From contig CAVUZH010000022.1 in NCBI GenBank assembly GCA_963745835.1, positions 288,001-352,000 on the forward strand: DNA of 64,000 bases, read 5' to 3'. Under the pieces are notes generated by a model. That model ran no database searches, was not told the origin of the DNA, and saw only the letters and a list, made by a program, of their open reading frames with translations. Position numbers and translations under genes: made by a program. The stretch is from an uncultured delta proteobacterium (GTDB lineage: Bacteria > Desulfobacterota > Binatia > UBA9968). Position 1 is the first letter of the stretch. The number at the start of each line of letters is the position of its first letter. Positions 9,453-19,850 of the stretch are shown here, piece after piece.

Positions 9453-10427
9453 CTATGGATAGAGCTCCTTCATGAGACCGCTTTTGTCGAGATTATCGAG
9501 GAAGCGTCGATCGACAAATTGCTCAGGCTTAACGGTTTTGGCGGCAGGCACTGTTTTCGCCAGATCATCGAGCGCGTTCTGCAGCCCGAGCATGTTGATG
9601 TAGGGCGCCTTCTCCAGCACCTTGCCCATGTAGAGCTCGTAAGCCTTCTGTAAAACGGTCTGGTCCTGGATTTTGGTGTACTTGGACATCGACTTATACG
9701 TCAACTCTTTATCGCTGCGGGCGCGCTGAACGCCGCGCGCATAGGCGCGCATGAAGCGGTCGATGACAGCGGGCCTGCTTTTAATGACCGATCCGACCGC
9801 CACCAGAGAAGGGTTGGGGAAAGCAAAGTCCATATCCGTAATATTAATCAATTCTTTGAAGCCGGCCTTTTCCACCGCGAATTGGGTTGGCGGCGAGACC
9901 ACTCCGCCTTCGATCGATCCACCTTGCAGCCCCGCTGCAACAGTCGCCATAAAGCCTAGCTGGATCAACGTGAGATCTCTCTCTGCATTGATGTTGTATT
10001 TTCTAAGCGCGTAACGGACCGAAATATCGGGCGCAGAACCAAAACGGGTGATGCCGATCTTCTTCCCCTTTAACGCTTCGATAGTTTTGATCTCAGGCCT
10101 GACATAGAGAGAAAAGATCATCTTATTGCCGGAATTCCCAATGATCTTTAAATCGGCGCCCTGCAGCGCCGCGGCCATTGCAGAGCTGCCGTTCATCGAG
10201 CCGACATCGATTTCGCCGGCAACGGTCACTTGCGCCAGCTGAGTGCCGCTGGGAATCAGCACGATCTGATCTTCGAGGCCTTCCTTGGCAAAGTAGCCGG
10301 CATCATGCGCAACCCAGATCGGGATGTAAGCGCCGCTGATCGAACTGTAGCCGATCCGGATTCTATCCGCGGCTCCAAGAGAATGCGTCCACATAAGAAG
10401 AACAAGGCAAATTAGGATTCGTTTCAT
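9453..10427 (-). CDS. ABC transporter substrate-binding protein (NMT1/TauA/SsuA-like)
   Basis: Signal peptide; IWVAHDAGYFAKEGL, LKGKKIGITRFGS, FVDRRFL. Confidence 0.88.
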   Translation of the reverse strand: MKRILICLVLLMWTHSLGAADRIRIGYSSISGAYIPIWVAHDAGYFAKEGLEDQIVLIPSGTQLAQVTVAGEIDVGSMNGSSAMAAALQGADLKIIGNSGNKMIFSLYVRPEIKTIEALKGKKIGITRFGSAPDISVRYALRKYNINAERDLTLIQLGFMATVAAGLQGGSIEGGVVSPPTQFAVEKAGFKELINITDMDFAFPNPSLVAVGSVIKSRPAVIDRFMRAYARGVQRARSDKELTYKSMSKYTKIQDQTVLQKAYELYMGKVLEKAPYINMLGLQNALDDLAKTVPAAKTVKPEQFVDRRFLDNLDKSGLMKELYP

Positions 10428-10661
10428 GTTACGTCCTTTCGAAATTGCTCTAGGTCGACGGACCGGGTCATATCATGAAACACCGATCTTTAACCACACG
10501 GGAGTTCTCTGGATCTACCAGCAATAATTCGATTCGGGCCGTGATCTGCCGCTCAACTCAGCTTCTAAATCGTGTTTCGCTTTAGATACGTGATAATATG
10601 TGATAACTCTCTAACTACAGGGACGGGGCTCGTTCCGATTCGAAAGGCGCATTCCTTACAC

Positions 10662-11429
10662 ATGAAGATCATCCAGGTTCCGCTACTGCGGGATAATTAC
10701 GCTTATCTACTGATCTGCGATAAGAGCAAAGAGGCGGCGGTCATCGACCCTTCTGAAGCCGAGCCGGCCTTGAGACGAGCAGAACAGGAAAACATCACTC
10801 TTACGGCGATACTAAACACGCATCATCATCGCGATCACACCGGCGGCAACGAAGGGATTCTTGCGCAGCACAAGCTCGATGTTTACGGTCATAAGAGTGA
10901 TAGCGCGAGAATCTTTGGTTTAACCCGAGGCGTCGAAGAAGGGGATGAGATCAAGATCGGTGATGTGACCGGCAAAGTTCTTTTTGTTCCGGGGCACACC
11001 AGCGGCCATGTCGCTTACCTCTTCGGCAGCAACCTGTTTTGCGGCGATACCTTATTCACCGCCGGCTGCGGCCGGCTGTTCGAGGGCACGCCCGAGCAGA
11101 TGCATGGATCGTTAAAAAAACTACTGGCGCTTCCGGACGATACGAAAGTTTATTGCGGTCACGAGTATACCGAAAGCAATCTCCGTTTTGCCGTGACACT
11201 GGAACCGAAGAACCATAAGCTGGCCTCCAGATTTGAGCGGGTGCAAGGATTAAGAGCACGAGGCGCTTCCACGGTGCCCGCCACCCTGGAAGAAGAAAGG
11301 CAAACCAACCCGTTCTTGCGCTGGGATAGTAAAGAGCTTCAAGCGGCACTCAAATCTCAGGACCCTGATCTTCGTCTAGATCCTGTTTCCGTATTTGCGA
11401 AAGTGCGCCAGCTCAAAGATTCCTTTTAA
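10662..11429 (+). CDS. gloB: Hydroxyacylglutathione hydrolase (glyoxalase II)
   Basis: DNYAY, THHHRDHTGG, PGHTSGH, GDTLF.AGCGR, CGHEYT, TNPFLR; start refined to ATG 10662. Confidence 0.95.
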   Translation: MKIIQVPLLRDNYAYLLICDKSKEAAVIDPSEAEPALRRAEQENITLTAILNTHHHRDHTGGNEGILAQHKLDVYGHKSDSARIFGLTRGVEEGDEIKIGDVTGKVLFVPGHTSGHVAYLFGSNLFCGDTLFTAGCGRLFEGTPEQMHGSLKKLLALPDDTKVYCGHEYTESNLRFAVTLEPKNHKLASRFERVQGLRARGASTVPATLEEERQTNPFLRWDSKELQAALKSQDPDLRLDPVSVFAKVRQLKDSF

Positions 11430-11726
11430 CCGCTTGCTCTGCGAGGCTGGCGCATTACCGAGCGCTCAGGGCATCGCGCCATACTGAAACCATCAACCAC
11501 GCGCGCCCGCTGAGTCTTCACTCAAGTAAGCAGATTGCTGACGGCAACTCTCCAACAAAGAACTTTTCACAAGGAACCTGTCTCTGCTACACTGCTCTGG
11601 CTCGGTCGGCGGCGTTCCCAGATCGGCAGCAATGTTCATGATCGCACCTTTTATGATTTCTCACCATGCAGGCAAAAACTCAGCTTTGGACGGTCTACCA
11701 TTGAGCAGCAAACGTAAAGGATCACG

Positions 11727-12839
11727 ATGATGATCCCCGGCGCAGCGACACTTGCGGGCACGAATCGTTACCGGGAGCGTTTTGCCGACAGAATTCACCG
11801 CGGTCACTTTCGGCAATCTCAAGGGTTGTGGATGTCTTCGATTGGGATCGGCACTTATCTCGGAGATTACGACACGGAGACCGACCGTCAGTACTGCCAG
11901 GCTATCAGCCGCGCGGTTCAGTGCGGCTGTAACGTGATCGACAGCGCGATAAATTATCGCCTGCAAAGAAGCGAGCGCGCAGTCGGCGCAGCCTTGCAGG
12001 ATCTTGCGGCCAAGGGATTTCAACGGGATGAAATCATTGTCGCTACCAAGGGAGGGTTCATCCCTTATGACAGCGCGCCGCCAGTCGATGTCCGGCGCTA
12101 TTTTGAAGAAACCTTCTTTCAGCCCGGCATCGCCAGCGCTTCCGACATCGTCAGCAACTCTCATTGCATTAGCCCGGCCTATCTCTTGAATCAGCTCGAC
12201 TGCAGCTTGAAGAATCTGTCTCTCGAGTGCCTCGATATCTATTACGTCCACAATCCGGAAAGCCAGTTAGGCAAAATATCCCGTGAGGAATTCAATAGTC
12301 GGTTGCTGAAAGCGTTTGACGCGATGGAGCAGGCAGTCTCGGCGGGAAAAATCCGCATGTACGGGACCGCAACATGGAACGGATACCGCAATGATCCGCA
12401 GGCAAAGGATTACCTATCGCTGGCCGAGATCATTGGTCTAGCGACAAAAGCCGGCGGCAAAGATCATCACTTTAAAGTGATACAAGTGCCGTTCAATCTT
12501 GGCATGAATGAAGCGTTGTCCGTATCAAACCAAATAGTGGAAGGCAAAACCCTTACCATTTTAGAAGCGGCGCAAGCCTTCGGCATTACGGTTATGTGCA
12601 GCGCCTCCATCCTACAGGGCCAGCTCGCCGCCCATCTTCCGTCAATGATCGGCGCCGCATTAAGCGGGCTTGAAACCGACAGCCAAAGATCGATTCAATT
12701 CGTGCGTTCGACCGCGGGAGTCACCACCGCCCTGGTGGGCATGAAACAGCTCAAGCATGTCGAAGAGAATTTGCGTACCGCCCGAGTCGCACCCGCGCCA
12801 TGGGAACAATACTCAAAGTTGTTTGAGTCGAATTCCTAA
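11727..12839 (+). CDS. Aldo/keto reductase
   Basis: SSIGIGTY, DSAINY, ATKGG, DIYYVHNPE. Confidence 0.9.
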   Translation: MMIPGAATLAGTNRYRERFADRIHRGHFRQSQGLWMSSIGIGTYLGDYDTETDRQYCQAISRAVQCGCNVIDSAINYRLQRSERAVGAALQDLAAKGFQRDEIIVATKGGFIPYDSAPPVDVRRYFEETFFQPGIASASDIVSNSHCISPAYLLNQLDCSLKNLSLECLDIYYVHNPESQLGKISREEFNSRLLKAFDAMEQAVSAGKIRMYGTATWNGYRNDPQAKDYLSLAEIIGLATKAGGKDHHFKVIQVPFNLGMNEALSVSNQIVEGKTLTILEAAQAFGITVMCSASILQGQLAAHLPSMIGAALSGLETDSQRSIQFVRSTAGVTTALVGMKQLKHVEENLRTARVAPAPWEQYSKLFESNS

Positions 12840-12981
12840 TAGCATCAGGAATTGATGATTTCGCACCGGGCTGACACGCGACCAGAGGCTGCCTGAGATA
12901 TCACAGAGAAGAGCTACTTCGGAATAAGAAGTGATAGGAACCAAAAAATTTAAGCTCGAAGAATCACTCTTTCTAGCCCTA

Positions 12982-13140
12982 GCAGGTTGCTGAAAAACTC
13001 TGGTTGCGGGCTGCTCAAGAAGATCCAGGTGCGAGGCGAGCGAATTACAAGGGTGAAAGCGGAAATCTGAAAGCGGAATTCAGTTTTCAGCTTTCATAAT
13101 TCATCTTTTCGAAACCATATGGGTCTTTTTCAGCAGCCTG
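12982..13140 (-). mobile_element. Element family B, copy 2
   Basis: GCAGGTTGCTGAAAAA ... TTTTTCAGCAGCCTG, flanked by CTAG/TTAG; reverse complement of copy 1; abuts the stop of the gene at 13141. Confidence 0.82.
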
Positions 13141-14085
13141 TTAGTTCGCGGTGAGTGAATCTAGCTCACCGAACAATTTTTCCAATCGTTCGAGTGCCGG
13201 TGCGGGCAGGGGCGGCTTCAGAATAGCTTCGATATTGGCTTTAAGATGCTCCGGGTTGCCGGTGCCGGTGAGGACAACATTGACGGCGGGTTCATGCCGG
13301 CAGAAACGATAGGCCGCTTCCGGAATTGTCGCGGCAACCCCTTCCTTGAGAAGAAACCCAAGCGGATCATCCGCGTTGACCGCGCCACGCGGAAGCACTC
13401 CCTTTTGCATCAATTCGCCGCACAGGCTTTTTAAACGATTCGACTGGCTCAAAGCCCTGCGAACGGCGAACATGTCCAAGACCCCGACCTTTTTTGCGGC
13501 CGTCAATGGAAAGACGGTTCTGCGCGCCGACGGATTGAGAAGGTTAAAACCGACCATCACCACATCCCACAGATCTTCTCTCAAACTTTCTTGCAGCATC
13601 TGATGCGAGGTATCCGTGGCAAACCCCTCGGTCACACCGATAAAGCGAATCTTGCCTTGATCGCGCAGGCGCCGCATGGCCGGCATTAATTTCTCTTTGG
13701 CGAAGACGTAATCTTTCGGCTCGACGCCATGAAGGTGATAGATATCGATATAGTCCGTGCCGATTGATTTCAGACTCTGCTCCAGACCCTTGATGACCTG
13801 CTCCGCGGGGTTGCTGTGATCGACCGGCGGTAAGGTCTTTTTGGTTGAGATAATCAAGTGCTCCCGCGGTAGTCCGGCAATCGCTTTGCCGACGACGGGC
13901 TCGGTTCCATACGACTGAGCGGTATCGAGAAAATTGATACCCAAGTCGATGGCCTGTCGAACCAGCGAAACGGCGCCGGCTTCGGCGGCGACGTTGTCGC
14001 GCAGCCCGAGGCGGCTCGGCCCGCCGCAGCCTAGACCGGCAACGCTTACCTTCAGAGCCGTGCGACCTAAGATAGTGTATTCCAT
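13141..14085 (-). CDS. Aldo/keto reductase
   Basis: LGRTALKVS..GLG, DTAQSYG, DYIDIYHLH. Confidence 0.92.
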   Translation of the reverse strand: MEYTILGRTALKVSVAGLGCGGPSRLGLRDNVAAEAGAVSLVRQAIDLGINFLDTAQSYGTEPVVGKAIAGLPREHLIISTKKTLPPVDHSNPAEQVIKGLEQSLKSIGTDYIDIYHLHGVEPKDYVFAKEKLMPAMRRLRDQGKIRFIGVTEGFATDTSHQMLQESLREDLWDVVMVGFNLLNPSARRTVFPLTAAKKVGVLDMFAVRRALSQSNRLKSLCGELMQKGVLPRGAVNADDPLGFLLKEGVAATIPEAAYRFCRHEPAVNVVLTGTGNPEHLKANIEAILKPPLPAPALERLEKLFGELDSLTAN

Positions 14086-14103
14086 AACTTCAATAAAAAC
14101 GCT

Positions 14104-14230
14104 GTTCCAGTCGTTCCAACCGTTCCTGTAGTTCCATTTCGTAAACCCGTTTGCTTACCGATAAACTCAGCGCACCCAGAAGTTGCTTTGACACGGTTGG
14201 AACCATTGGAACTTCTGGAACCATTGGAAC
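14104..14230. repeat. Inverted pair of 4x 9-bp-period arrays (GTTCC.. / ..GGAAC)
   Basis: GTTCC at 14104, 14113, 14122, 14131; GGAAC at 14199, 14208, 14217, 14226. Confidence 0.8.
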
Positions 14231-14237
14231 ACGCTTT

Positions 14238-14690
14238 TTACCATTCGACTCTGATCCCCAGCACCTCCCCGGTCGCTCGCAGTTCACCGGCGGCGGTCAA
14301 CGCGCAATGAACCAAAGCCTTGCGGCCCTCGATTTTGATGATACGCGCACGCAAATGGATCAGTTCCGCAAGCGGCGTAGGCTTTAGATAGGACACATTT
14401 AAATTCGCGGTGACGTAGCCGATGCGCGGCGTACTACCCAGCGGACGTTGCTCCTGTTTGTAGGCGTGCGCTATAGCAAGATTCAAGCTGTGGCAATCGA
14501 TGAGCGAAGCAATGATGCCGCCATTGAGGTTTTGTTTCGTCCCGCCACAATGGTGCGGCTGAGCAAGCCAGCTTGCTATCGCTTCATCGCCATCCCAGTA
14601 GCTTTTGATCCGTAAACCTTGTTCGTTGTCGGCGCCGCAGCCGTGGCAGTAGCGCACCGTGCCCTGATCCTGAAATGCTTGCCCATCCAT
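14238..14690 (-). CDS. PaaI-family hotdog thioesterase
   Basis: CHGCG..N..GL, LNGGIIASLIDCH, VTANLNVSYLKPTP. Confidence 0.88.
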   Translation of the reverse strand: MDGQAFQDQGTVRYCHGCGADNEQGLRIKSYWDGDEAIASWLAQPHHCGGTKQNLNGGIIASLIDCHSLNLAIAHAYKQEQRPLGSTPRIGYVTANLNVSYLKPTPLAELIHLRARIIKIEGRKALVHCALTAAGELRATGEVLGIRVEW

Positions 14691-14703
14691 CGGAAGGCAG
14701 GGT

Positions 14704-15108
14704 CTACTTCTTTTCCAGCTTCAATGAGGCCGAATTGATGCAGTAGCGCAAGTGAGTCGGCGCAGGCCCGTCATCAAACACATGGCCTAGATGAGCATTG
14801 CATCGGCCGCAGAGCACTTCCGTGCGGCGCATAAGAAAGCTGTTGTCGCTTTCGGTTTCGACCTTGTCCTCGGCAATCGGCTGGTAAAAACTCGGCCACC
14901 CGGTGCCGGAATCGAATTTGGTGTCGGAGCTGAATAGCTCGTTGCCGCAACAGGAACAGTGATAAGTTCCCTGGTCGTGACAGTCCCAGTATTTTCCGGT
15001 GAAAGCCCGTTCGGTGCCTTTCTGGCGGCACACCTCGTACTGCTCCGGCGACAGCTCTTTGCGCCACTCTTCATCGGACTTTTCGATCTTTTCCTTTGCT
15101 TCACTCAT
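14704..15108 (-). CDS. msrB: Peptide-methionine (R)-S-oxide reductase
   Basis: [33 protein letters not shown] (Cys form). Confidence 0.97.
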   Translation of the reverse strand: MSEAKEKIEKSDEEWRKELSPEQYEVCRQKGTERAFTGKYWDCHDQGTYHCSCCGNELFSSDTKFDSGTGWPSFYQPIAEDKVETESDNSFLMRRTEVLCGRCNAHLGHVFDDGPAPTHLRYCINSASLKLEKK

Positions 15109-15135
15109 GGTTTCCTCCTGAACGACCCTGCTCGC

Positions 15136-15627
15136 TCAGCTCTGCATATTGATGAACTGCAGGGGAATCGGCAGATTCGACGACCTTAGCAGTTTGATGA
15201 CAGCCTGCAGATCGTCAATCTTTTTGGCCGTGACTCGTACCTGCTTTTCCTGTATAGCCGCTTGAACCTTCATCTTCTGATCCTTGATCATTTTGACAAT
15301 CGCCCGGGCAGTATCGGAATCCACCCCTTCCTTGATCGTGATCGCCTTCTGAATCATCCCCTGTGCTGCCATTTCGCTTGGCTTGTATTCCAAGCACCGA
15401 GTGTCGACTTTTCGCTTGACCAGATTTTCCACCAATGTTTCCTGCACCGCCCGCATCTTCATTTCGTCTTCCGTCGTAACGTTGATCTTCTTGTCTTTCT
15501 TATCCAGCACGATCTCCGTTTTGGATTCGCGAAAATCGTAGCGCGATTGAATTGTCTTTTTGGTGATATTCACCGCGTTATCGACTTCCTGCAGGTCGAT
15601 ACGGTTAACAACATCGAAAGACGCCAT
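15136..15627 (-). CDS. yajQ: YajQ nucleotide/c-di-GMP-binding protein
   Basis: SFDVV..DLQEVDNAV, RYDF, KVQAAIQ..VRVT.KK.DDLQ. Confidence 0.95.
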   Translation of the reverse strand: MASFDVVNRIDLQEVDNAVNITKKTIQSRYDFRESKTEIVLDKKDKKINVTTEDEMKMRAVQETLVENLVKRKVDTRCLEYKPSEMAAQGMIQKAITIKEGVDSDTARAIVKMIKDQKMKVQAAIQEKQVRVTAKKIDDLQAVIKLLRSSNLPIPLQFINMQS

Positions 15628-15645
15628 GAATTTTCTCCTGCTTTA

Positions 15646-15799
15646 GCCAGCTGCTGAAAAAATTCGTATGCTCTGGAAAAGATGAAATTATGAAAGCTGA
15701 AAATTGAATTCCGCTTTCAGACTTCCGCTTTCATCCTTGTACTTCGCGAGCCTCGCCTCTAGTTCTTCTGCATAGCTTGCAAGGTTTTTCGACAATCTG
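15646..15799 (+). mobile_element. Element family B, copy 3 (diverged)
   Basis: CAGCTGCTGAAAAA ... TTTTTCGACAATCTG with the same TGAAA/TTTCA core; abuts the stop of the CBS gene. Confidence 0.75.
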
Positions 15800-16339
15800 T
15801 CAGAGAACCTTACTGGCTCTGCGGACCCTGGCGGTCTTGGAACGTTTACCCTTTTTTGCCGCTGGCGATTTCTTGCGCGCCTTTTTGCGCGCGCCTGAGT
15901 CCTTGATACCGGCCCCGCTCAACACGAAGTCCAAAATATCGCTGCGCGTGATTATTCCCACCAGCTGCTTTTCTTTGACCACCGGTAGCGAGCCGATACG
16001 ATGATGGCGCAACAACGCCACTGCGGTGGCTAACGGCGTTTCGGGTTCGACCGTAAAAACATCATGCGTCATCACTTCCTCAACGGTATAGGACTCGGCG
16101 AATTTGTCGATCTCTTTAGTGCGTCCGATCAACATGCTGGTCGGATACGCATCACGGATGTCTCGATCGGTGACAATCCCCATCAAACGGTCATGATCGA
16201 GCACCGGCAACTGATTGACGCGGTGTTTGGCCATGAGCTGGCGGGCGACGGAAATACTATCGTAGATCTCAACCGCCAAAACCGTCTCCGTCATCCAGTC
16301 TGCCACCTTGATCTCGTTGGAGTTCTTTACAGCTTCCAT
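15800..16339 (-). CDS. CBS-domain protein with Lys/Arg-rich tail
   Basis: Two CBS repeats (LPVLD..GIVTDRD; LPVV..GIITRSD). Confidence 0.9.
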   Translation of the reverse strand: MEAVKNSNEIKVADWMTETVLAVEIYDSISVARQLMAKHRVNQLPVLDHDRLMGIVTDRDIRDAYPTSMLIGRTKEIDKFAESYTVEEVMTHDVFTVEPETPLATAVALLRHHRIGSLPVVKEKQLVGIITRSDILDFVLSGAGIKDSGARKKARKKSPAAKKGKRSKTARVRRASKVL

Positions 16340-17259
16340 TATTCTTGCTCCACCCTATAGCCTCGGCCCTTCAATAACTGGATGACGCCATTTTTGCCAA
16401 CCAGATGAGCCGCGCCGACGACGATCAACGCGTTCTCGCCTCTCGATAACAGGCCTTCGATCTGCGGTAGCCAGCGCCGGTTGCGATCATCAATCACTTT
16501 TCGATGGATCTCCGGATAATCGCGCATGCCCGCCAGGAGATGTCTTTCCAATGAGTCGACGTCGCCACTTTTCCACGCGCGCACAATTTCCGTGACATTT
16601 CGTTCCAAATGGTCCATCTCATTCATACTCTGGCGCAGCAAGAGTTCTTGATCCTTTGCCGAAAATTGATCGAACAAATTGAGCTGAAATTCAGCAGTTT
16701 CTAAGCCGCCAGTGGGCTTGTTGGATTGAATGGCGCGCCCGGCAAAGTATCGATCGATACCCAATCTCGGATCAAATCCCAGCTGTTGCAGCTTCATGGC
16801 CGCCATGGTCGTGGCGACAATCCAGGGCTTAAAAGAATTCAACAGCCGAATATCGATACCCAGCTCTTTGGCCCTCGTCGCGACACTTTCGTAGGTTTCG
16901 TTGGAGACATTCTGATGCAACCCGGTGCCATTGGTACTGGCACCTTTCTGCAGCATCAGCTGCTGAACCTTTTCGGCGTTTACGCTGAGCAAGTCGATCT
17001 CCAGAACCAATTTTTTCGCCTGCTCAAATGCGTTTTCAATGCTCTGCTTGAGTGGGTAGGCCTCCTTATTCAGCAAATGAATCGAGCCGAGGATATAAAG
17101 ATTGTTCTGGCCAGAATCCACTTTCCAGAGGAAGCTCTTTTCTTGCGCGCTTAGCTGACCGGCCAGAGCAACAGACAAAAATCCGAGCCCGAGCAGAGTC
17201 AGCAAACGTAATTTTCTCTGAGGTGTCATGAAGTTCTGCGCTTCAACAGCCTGATCCAA
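16339..17259 (-). CDS. TraB/GumN family protein
   Basis: YILGSIHLL, GID, GLET, RNRRW, VVGAAHLVG. Confidence 0.9.
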   Translation of the reverse strand: MDQAVEAQNFMTPQRKLRLLTLLGLGFLSVALAGQLSAQEKSFLWKVDSGQNNLYILGSIHLLNKEAYPLKQSIENAFEQAKKLVLEIDLLSVNAEKVQQLMLQKGASTNGTGLHQNVSNETYESVATRAKELGIDIRLLNSFKPWIVATTMAAMKLQQLGFDPRLGIDRYFAGRAIQSNKPTGGLETAEFQLNLFDQFSAKDQELLLRQSMNEMDHLERNVTEIVRAWKSGDVDSLERHLLAGMRDYPEIHRKVIDDRNRRWLPQIEGLLSRGENALIVVGAAHLVGKNGVIQLLKGRGYRVEQE

Positions 17260-17422
17260 CGAGCAGGCTATGCAAGCGCATGTAGAAATTTACCTTTTCT
17301 CACGAAAGTTGACCAGAGCTGCAGTTAGAAGGTTGTAAATTCCCTATCGGCAGTCTTGGGAGCGTGAAACGGAACCGCGGAGGGGCCTCAGAAGCAATCC
17401 CGCGGCAAAAAGATGGGCTTAC

Positions 17423-17746
17423 TTACCATTCGAGGCGAATGCACACATCTTCGCCTTTTTCCTCGGCCGGGAGCACCGTCAGCGGCGGTCCTCCTTGAGG
17501 CAGCATGCACTCGCCGGTTTTGAGATCAAAACAATAGCCATGATTGTTGCAACGCAACTTGGCTCCGTTCAGCAGTTGTCCGGCGGATTGCAAGTCGGCC
17601 TCTTCATGAGGACACTGCCTCGAGAACGCAAAGTATTTCCCCTCGGCGAACGTCAACAGCACCTGACGTCCGCCGAGGTCGACTTCTTTCATGACACCCG
17701 GCGCCAACTCGCCAATACGGGCAACCGGTATATAGCTCACTCCCAT
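17423..17746 (-). CDS. Rieske [2Fe-2S] ferredoxin
   Basis: CPH...CNNHGYCFDLKTGEC. Confidence 0.88.
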   Translation of the reverse strand: MGVSYIPVARIGELAPGVMKEVDLGGRQVLLTFAEGKYFAFSRQCPHEEADLQSAGQLLNGAKLRCNNHGYCFDLKTGECMLPQGGPPLTVLPAEEKGEDVCIRLEW

Positions 17747-17750
17747 TCGA

Positions 17751-19454
17751 TTAGGCCGCGACCTTTTGCTCTCTGTAGAGAGGCCCGCGTAGGACCTGGC
17801 CTGGCAGGTCCCCGCTCATGCGGCTGTCTTCATGGATCACCGTGCCATTGACGATGGTATAGTGCATTCCAACCGAACGCTGGATCAAACGCTTGCTTCC
17901 CGCCGGATAGTCATGGGCCCATTCCGGTTCATGAGAATTGACGGTTTTGGGATCGAAGATCGCCAGGTCCGCGGCATAACCCGGCCGTAACAAACCGCGA
18001 TCCTGCAAGCCGAAGATCGATGCCACATGGAATGTCAGTTTATGGACGGCCTGTTCGAGACTCATTACCTGACGCTCGCGCACCCACATACCCAGAAGGA
18101 TGGTGCAATAACCAAAATCGGCGCCAAACTGCACATGGGCCCCTGCATCGGAAGTTCCGATTAATACATACGGGCTGCGCAGGATCTCGCCCATTGCATC
18201 GATGTCGCCGCCGTTATTAGCATTCCAGAAAACCGTGCCGAGATCTTCCTCGAGCGCGAGATCCAGGAAGGCATCGAGCGGATCTTGATTGCGCATCGCC
18301 CCCAGCTCAGCGATTGTCTTGCCGTTGTATTTCTCGTTCTCGGGTTTCACCACTTTTTCGACCCGGACGATGTTCCAGTTTCGGTGAAAGTTGGTGGGCG
18401 CCGGATTGGCGAGATCGGCTCGCAGCTTTTGTCTGGTTTCGCCATCGGCAAAAGCCTGCTTGCGCACCTCAACGGGAAGGAACATGAGGTTTTTCCAGGT
18501 CGGGAATTCATCGAAAACCTGGCAGTTCTTAAGCTCGAAGTGGCGCACGAGCGGCACGGTATGGGACAAGCCATACGCTTGATAACCTTCGCGGAAAATC
18601 GGTTCTACGGCGTCGAGCTGTTCACGCCATAGGGTGGGCTCTGCCCATCGATGTTGCAGGCTCTGCCAGAGGACCGGTCGCTGCGTACGTTTTGCCAGCT
18701 CATGGTAAAATTTGAAATGTTCGATCTTGTTGCGGCCCAAAATGGTTTCGATAACGCCGCCGTTGCGCTCCGCCAAAACATCGCACAGCGCGAACAGCTC
18801 ATCATCATCGGCCAAACGACTCGCCACCGGCTTGCCGTCCTCGCGCATATGACGCTCGTTGCGGTTGGTCGATAATCCCAAGGCGCCGCCTTCCATCGCC
18901 TCCAAGACCAAGCCGCGCATCTGCTGGACTTCTTTGACGGTAGCCGTGCGCTCCACGGCCTCCTCACCCATGACGTTGTGGCGCATCGCGATATGACCGA
19001 CCAGCCCGCCGACATTGATACCGAGTTTCCCTTCCAGCGCATCGAGGTATTCGCCGTAGGTGTTCCATCCCCATTTCACGCCTTGCTCCAGAGCGAACCG
19101 CGGAATTGCCTCGACTCGAACGAAACTTTTAACAATCGCGTCCTCATCGCCCTTCTTGACTGGGGCAAGCGATAAGCCGCAGTTACCCATGACCACGCTG
19201 GTAACACCATGCTGCGGTTCACAAGTTCCATAGGGATCCCACAACATCTGCGCGTCCAAATGCGTATGATGATCAATAAAGCCGGGAGACACAGCCAACC
19301 CGCCGGCATCGATCGTCCGCGCCGCTGTGCCGGTTAACCGTCCAACTTCCACGATCTTGCCATCTTTTACGCCGACATCGGCCACATAAGAGGGCAAGCC
19401 CGAGCCATCGACGACGCGCCCACCGCGAATTAACAGATCATAAGCCATTTGCAC
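17751..19454 (-). CDS. N-acyl-D-amino-acid deacylase-family amidohydrolase
   Basis: PGFIDHHTHLD, GVTSVVMGNCG, SDAGAH, RGLLRPGYAADL. Confidence 0.9.
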   Translation of the reverse strand: MQMAYDLLIRGGRVVDGSGLPSYVADVGVKDGKIVEVGRLTGTAARTIDAGGLAVSPGFIDHHTHLDAQMLWDPYGTCEPQHGVTSVVMGNCGLSLAPVKKGDEDAIVKSFVRVEAIPRFALEQGVKWGWNTYGEYLDALEGKLGINVGGLVGHIAMRHNVMGEEAVERTATVKEVQQMRGLVLEAMEGGALGLSTNRNERHMREDGKPVASRLADDDELFALCDVLAERNGGVIETILGRNKIEHFKFYHELAKRTQRPVLWQSLQHRWAEPTLWREQLDAVEPIFREGYQAYGLSHTVPLVRHFELKNCQVFDEFPTWKNLMFLPVEVRKQAFADGETRQKLRADLANPAPTNFHRNWNIVRVEKVVKPENEKYNGKTIAELGAMRNQDPLDAFLDLALEEDLGTVFWNANNGGDIDAMGEILRSPYVLIGTSDAGAHVQFGADFGYCTILLGMWVRERQVMSLEQAVHKLTFHVASIFGLQDRGLLRPGYAADLAIFDPKTVNSHEPEWAHDYPAGSKRLIQRSVGMHYTIVNGTVIHEDSRMSGDLPGQVLRGPLYREQKVAA

Positions 19455-19595
19455 CTCCTGAGTTGAACGAGGAAAACGTCAATATCCGAAGCGACACTTT
19501 GCATGCTATTGCGATACAGTCGGCAACGAATTCTCCACTAATGAAGCACACCATCTTTTATGCCTTATCAATTGCGCCTCACTTTGTCCATCAAC

Positions 19596-19813
19596 TAACC
19601 CTAATCCAACAATAGTTGAGCGTTGTCAGCAGTGAGCGAGGATGGCGAGACTGGAAGTCGTGGGCAGTCGAGCACGCAGTTGGCTCTGAGGCCCCGACGT
19701 ACCAAACATCACGTTTAGGGGAATGCGGGGGTGGCCTTTAAGGCACTGTCCCATTGCCCACGACTGTAGGGCTCGCTGGCCTCGCGGGATCCGAATAATG
19801 TCGGATTAGGGTA
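19596..19813 (+). mobile_element. Element family A, copy 2
   Basis: taaccctaatccaaca ... tgtcggattagggta; near-identical to 4668-4890. Confidence 0.85.
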
Positions 19814-19850
19814 AAGCTTACCTTCAACCGCTCGAGGCAGCTTCAACCTG

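Noticed and set aside
14104-14230. CRISPR array
   Set aside because: Units are 9 bp with no unique spacers, and no cas genes are present.
14704-15108. MsrB as a selenoprotein
   Set aside because: The catalytic residue is Cys (TGC) in RYCINS.
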